From Negativicutes bacterium (GTDB taxonomy: Bacteria; Bacillota; Negativicutes; UBA1444), in assembly GCA_963665275.2 (NCBI GenBank), contig CAXXIN010000013.1:224001-288000 (forward strand): DNA of 64,000 nucleotides, read 5' to 3'. Position 1 is the stretch's first letter. Every line of letters begins with the position of its first letter. The position numbers and the translations under genes are program-made. The notes beneath the pieces are model-generated. The model was not told where the DNA came from. It did no database searches and worked only from the letters and a program-made list of their open reading frames with translations. Of this stretch, positions 60,373 to 64,000 are shown piece by piece.

Positions 60373-61599
60373 TTATTCAGCTGGGACTTTTTTTACCAGC
60401 GGCCATTTGTCGAAGAAAGTATTCATTAACAGGTAAACCATCATAAAGGCAAACTGGCCGGCCAGCGGCCCCATGACCGGGAACATCCCGCCCAAACTGT
60501 TTCCGCCGAAAGTCAGCAACGGGAATGTTTTGAGCCAAACCACACCGAGAACCGAGCCCAACCCGATCCAGATCGCAAGCCGCGTGAACAGGCGTGTTTT
60601 GAGATCCGGCACCATCTGGGCCGTCGGATAGTCGTCAAACATGTGATGCCAGAGCAGCAACGTGAAAACGACCGAAAGCTCGAGTGATGCAATAACGAGA
60701 TCCACAGGGGCGCCGGGCAATAAATTCAGGGGGCCCACTATGGGACGAAGGATCATCGGAGTGATGATTCCCATCGGCAATGCGATGGCCAGGCCGACCA
60801 GTCCCATGTATGGCTGTTTTTTTGCAAAAAGTTTCATCGGGTAGTGTTCCAGCCCTTCGGCCGGGAGCAGGAAAAAGAAGATGAAGGCTTGCGCAAAAGC
60901 CAGGAAGCCGGTCCACGAGCCGAAAGGCTTGACGACAACCACGTGTCCGTCCAGTGATAAATTCATCAGGCTGGGAAAGAACATGGCGATCCATACGATT
61001 AATGTAAAAACCGTACTTGTCATCATGACGGCGACACCATCCAGCGGCGCGGGGACTTTGCCGGCAAAGGGCCATTTGTGAAAGCAGGCCACATAGACGA
61101 TCTGGACCATGATGACCGCGAGGCAGTAAAAATTGCCAACTTCCCAGCCTTCTATAGACATCTGTACTTCCGCGGCTGTGCTGGGCATGAACAAAATGCC
61201 CATGCTGAAAGGTTTCCACCAAATGCCGATAAAACCAACCAAGATCAAGAATCCGATAATCCCTGACAAAAAGCCAATCAAAGTGTATCGGACGCCTGCT
61301 GTCGGTTGAAGCTCAGACACGGCATACTTGTTGTAGTTGCCAAAAATCAGGGTCTGCCAGATCCAGGGGTTGATGACCAACCAAAAGAACGTTCCCTCAG
61401 CCAGAACCGAAAGATACTTGGTCACGACCTTTGCATCCACCAGCTTCAGCCCTTCACCCGCGAGTGTCATGCCAACGGATTTCACGATGAGTCCCCAGAT
61501 CGGCCAATAAATCAGGGCTACGACGAAACAGATGGTAGTAGCGACGACTCCTGTGGTGAAGATGCTCGGGAACTGTCTTTTTACTAAATATTGGCTCAT
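60373..61599 (-). CDS. polytopic membrane protein, putative transporter in the fix operon
   Basis: About 10 TM helices with internally repeated F.KWP and QP..G motifs; AGGAGG RBS. Confidence 0.7.
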   Translation of the reverse strand: MSQYLVKRQFPSIFTTGVVATTICFVVALIYWPIWGLIVKSVGMTLAGEGLKLVDAKVVTKYLSVLAEGTFFWLVINPWIWQTLIFGNYNKYAVSELQPTAGVRYTLIGFLSGIIGFLILVGFIGIWWKPFSMGILFMPSTAAEVQMSIEGWEVGNFYCLAVIMVQIVYVACFHKWPFAGKVPAPLDGVAVMMTSTVFTLIVWIAMFFPSLMNLSLDGHVVVVKPFGSWTGFLAFAQAFIFFFLLPAEGLEHYPMKLFAKKQPYMGLVGLAIALPMGIITPMILRPIVGPLNLLPGAPVDLVIASLELSVVFTLLLWHHMFDDYPTAQMVPDLKTRLFTRLAIWIGLGSVLGVVWLKTFPLLTFGGNSLGGMFPVMGPLAGQFAFMMVYLLMNTFFDKWPLVKKVPAE

Positions 61600-61628
61600 A
61601 TGCACCCCTCCTGTTTTTTAGGCCCGCC

Positions 61629-61919
61629 TCAACCGTAGCGGTACGAAATCCCGAAAGTCCCGCGCGGATACTCCCATTTGGTGATCCCCTTATCCTTGCA
61701 CATCACGCGGCAGGTGCCGCATTCGAGACAACCGGCATAATCAAAATGAACTTCGCCGTCCTGCAAGGTGTACAGAACCGCCGGGCAAACGACCAGGCAG
61801 GCTTTGTCCGCGCACGTCGCGCAGATGGCTTTATCGATGGTAATATGAGCCTCTTCCTCGTCCACCTCGAATTTGTCGAGGCCAAGGAGTTCTTCGGGAG
61901 TCATGCTTCGAATCGTCAC
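61629..61919 (-). CDS. fixX: FixX ferredoxin-like protein
   Basis: C..C..K.C..VCPA.LY and DYAGCLECGTCR..C.....W.YPRG.FGI.YRYG. Confidence 0.92.
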   Translation of the reverse strand: MTIRSMTPEELLGLDKFEVDEEEAHITIDKAICATCADKACLVVCPAVLYTLQDGEVHFDYAGCLECGTCRVMCKDKGITKWEYPRGTFGISYRYG

Positions 61920-63199
61920 AGTGACCGCCACCCTTTCCACGCATCCGCCAGCAATCTTCCCACGCCGCCGTGAGCTCCAATCGCTTGCCGGATAACGTCC
62001 GTGATCTTGTCCGGCACCCGTCCGTCAACAGTGAAGGCCCCCTTGAAGACAGCCCGCCCCAGTGCCGGATATTCGGTGAACATGCGAGGGTTCGCCAGCA
62101 GGTCCGGATAGCCTGCAAAACGTTTCATCGTTCCAATCAGGCCTATTTTCTCCAGCTCCGCCATGTAAGCCGGACCCGTCGTCGCTGCGTCTTTGGCGGC
62201 CAAAATCCCTTCTGCCGCCGCAATACCGCTGGCAATCGCCAAATCGATCCCGCGCACCACAAAGCCGCCGTTGATGGCGAATCCAGCTGCGTCCCCGATG
62301 ATGAGCAATCCCTCGCGGTAAAGCTTGGACGGAACTCCCCGCCAACCGGCTTCCGGAATCAGATGGGCGCTGTACTCGGCCGTCTCGCCGCCGTCGATGA
62401 GAGGGCGTACTGCCGGATGCAGTTTAAACTCCTGGATGATTTCCTGAACTTTTTTTCCGTGTCGGGCCGCCTCTTCCGGTGAAAAGACCAGCCCGAGCGA
62501 AATGGAATCCTTGTTGGTGTAAAGAAAGCCACCGCCCTGAATTCCTTCGGTGCAGCCGAGGAACAGGCGCGTTGCCCCCTGCCCGCCTCCTACTTGGAAA
62601 CGGGCTTCGATAGCCGCTGCGTCCAGCCGGATCACTTCTTTCACGCCAACCGCAACGGAATGCGGGGTAAGCTCACCGCACAGACCGGCTTTTTGTGCAA
62701 TAAGAGAATTGACTCCGTCAGCAGCAATAACCACATCGGCCAGAATTCGGTCTTCACCGGCCTGCACCCCGATGATCCGTCCCCCTTCCTCAACGAGGCC
62801 GTCCACACGAATTCCGGCCGCCAGCATCGCTCCGGCGGACTCGGCCTGCCCGGCCAGCCACTCGTCGAAAGTCGCCCGGAGAATTGTGTAAGAATGGGGC
62901 ACTTCCCCGTCAAAGGCGGGTTCGAAATAGTCTACGGTCGTTGCCGAACCGCCGCTCATCAGTGTGATCTGTTCCCGAATCACTTTTCTTTCCAGCGGAG
63001 CTGCAGCATGCAGACCCGCTTCCAGACGCTCCAGCGCCCAGGTATAGACCCGGCCGCCGGTGACATTTTTCGTCCCGGCCGATGCCCCGCGTTCCACCAG
63101 CAGCACACTCCGGCCGGCCCGGGCCAGCACCAGGGCACAGGCGGAACCTGCCGGTCCCGCCCCGATCACGATAGCATCAAATCTTTCTTCTTCTGCCAT
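61916..63199 (-). CDS. fixC: FixC FAD-dependent oxidoreductase
   Basis: GAGPAGS, ERG...G.KNVTGG, ADGVNS, GGGFLYTN, EYSAHLIPE and GDAAG...RG.DLAI.SG. Confidence 0.92.
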   Translation of the reverse strand: MAEEERFDAIVIGAGPAGSACALVLARAGRSVLLVERGASAGTKNVTGGRVYTWALERLEAGLHAAAPLERKVIREQITLMSGGSATTVDYFEPAFDGEVPHSYTILRATFDEWLAGQAESAGAMLAAGIRVDGLVEEGGRIIGVQAGEDRILADVVIAADGVNSLIAQKAGLCGELTPHSVAVGVKEVIRLDAAAIEARFQVGGGQGATRLFLGCTEGIQGGGFLYTNKDSISLGLVFSPEEAARHGKKVQEIIQEFKLHPAVRPLIDGGETAEYSAHLIPEAGWRGVPSKLYREGLLIIGDAAGFAINGGFVVRGIDLAIASGIAAAEGILAAKDAATTGPAYMAELEKIGLIGTMKRFAGYPDLLANPRMFTEYPALGRAVFKGAFTVDGRVPDKITDVIRQAIGAHGGVGRLLADAWKGWRSL

Positions 63200-63210
63200 G
63201 TCCGCCTCCC

Positions 63211-64000
63211 TCAGCCTATCCGGGCCTTCAGTGCGGCCGTCAGCAAAGGCGCCGCTTCGTTGAGATCGCCCACGATTCCGTAATCTGCTGCGGCAAAAAT
63301 AGGCGCATTTTCGTTGGTGTCAACCCCAACGATGATCTTGGAATCCCGAATTCCGGCCACATGCTGGACCTGCCCGGAGACGCCAAGTGAAATGTACAGT
63401 TTGGGCCTGATTTTACGACCCGACAAGCCAATGTAGGTTTCTTCCGGCATCCAGCCGTAGTCTTCTGCAATGGACCGAGTGCAGCCGACTGCACCGCCGA
63501 GAAACCGACGCCAGGTCTTCTGCCAGCTTTAAGTCTTCCTGTTTCCCCATGCCGCGTCCCACGCAGACCACGCGTTTCCGCCTCTGCAATATCGGCGCCG
63601 CCGCGCTCTACGGGACACACTTCACCGACGACGGCGCGGCTGGCTGTGTCCGCCTGAACTGTAACCACCTGGGCCGTGCGGGACTGATCCGGCGCAGGCG
63701 ACTCATAGTTTGCCGCCGGCACAGTTACGAGGGTCATTTCGTTCAGTGTCTCAGTGCAGACAGCCAGTCCGTCCGTACATCAGCCGTTCGGTATCTCGAA
63801 CCCGGTTGCGCCGCGGCGAACCGAGAAAGCCTCCGATACCAGGCCTGCCCGAAGATGTGCCGCAACCGTCGCGGCGATCTCCTTGCCCCGCAGCGTTGCC
63901 GCTACGAGAAAAAGTTCCGGGGTATGTTCTGAACAAAGTTTAGCCATTGCCGGTGCGTAACTTTTCCGGCCAAGAACTGGCGCCGGTCAGCACATAGACC
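63211..64000 (-). CDS. fixB: FixB / ETF alpha subunit (partial, several indels)
   Basis: VVCVGRG, VGCTR.IAE, YIGLSG.K..P.LY..LG.SGQVQH..G and NAPIF..ADYGIVGD spread over shifting frames. Confidence 0.85.

Noticed and set aside
1-64000. CRISPR arrays, tRNA/rRNA genes, integrase or full transposase genes
   Set aside because: No regularly spaced repeats, cloverleaf or rRNA signatures, or recombinase/transposase motifs were recognised by eye

Overview
The window looks like chromosome from an anaerobic diderm Firmicute (Negativicutes, Sporomusaceae-like). This is inferred from an outer-membrane porin and an inverse autotransporter occurring alongside Firmicutes-type genes (PerR-rubrerythrin, DUF1659/DUF2922/YvrJ, NfnAB). 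0-2 kb: a Fur-box locus with a porin and decayed feoB. 2.7-9.3 kb: a compact phage-like module with a CI/Cro switch, DUF4373-type Rep, G39P-type helicase loader, amidase, candidate sRNA, DUF1659, DUF2922 and yvrJ, and no recognisable capsid, tail or integrase. Its last gene carries a complete group IIB intron whose two flanks come from different genes. 15.3-20 kb: a RelBE plus inverse-autotransporter islet bounded by ~100-bp direct repeats. 20-31 and 44-52 kb: two sigma54-controlled C4 acyl-CoA clusters (AtoSC, NfnAB, two Hbd types and AtoE; PAS activator, CoA transferase, Bcd, MaoC, Crt and permease). 52-59 kb: a tandem duplicated MalT-like LuxR / DUF2442 unit, with one DUF2442 fused to a GGDEF-HD-GYP enzyme. 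End: galM and a fixBCX operon. An identical 134-bp palindromic element sits at two stop codons 39 kb apart. Several +1 homopolymer frameshifts suggest long-read indel errors. No CRISPR array, rRNA or tRNA was seen. All family calls are by motif recognition by eye; no searches were run.
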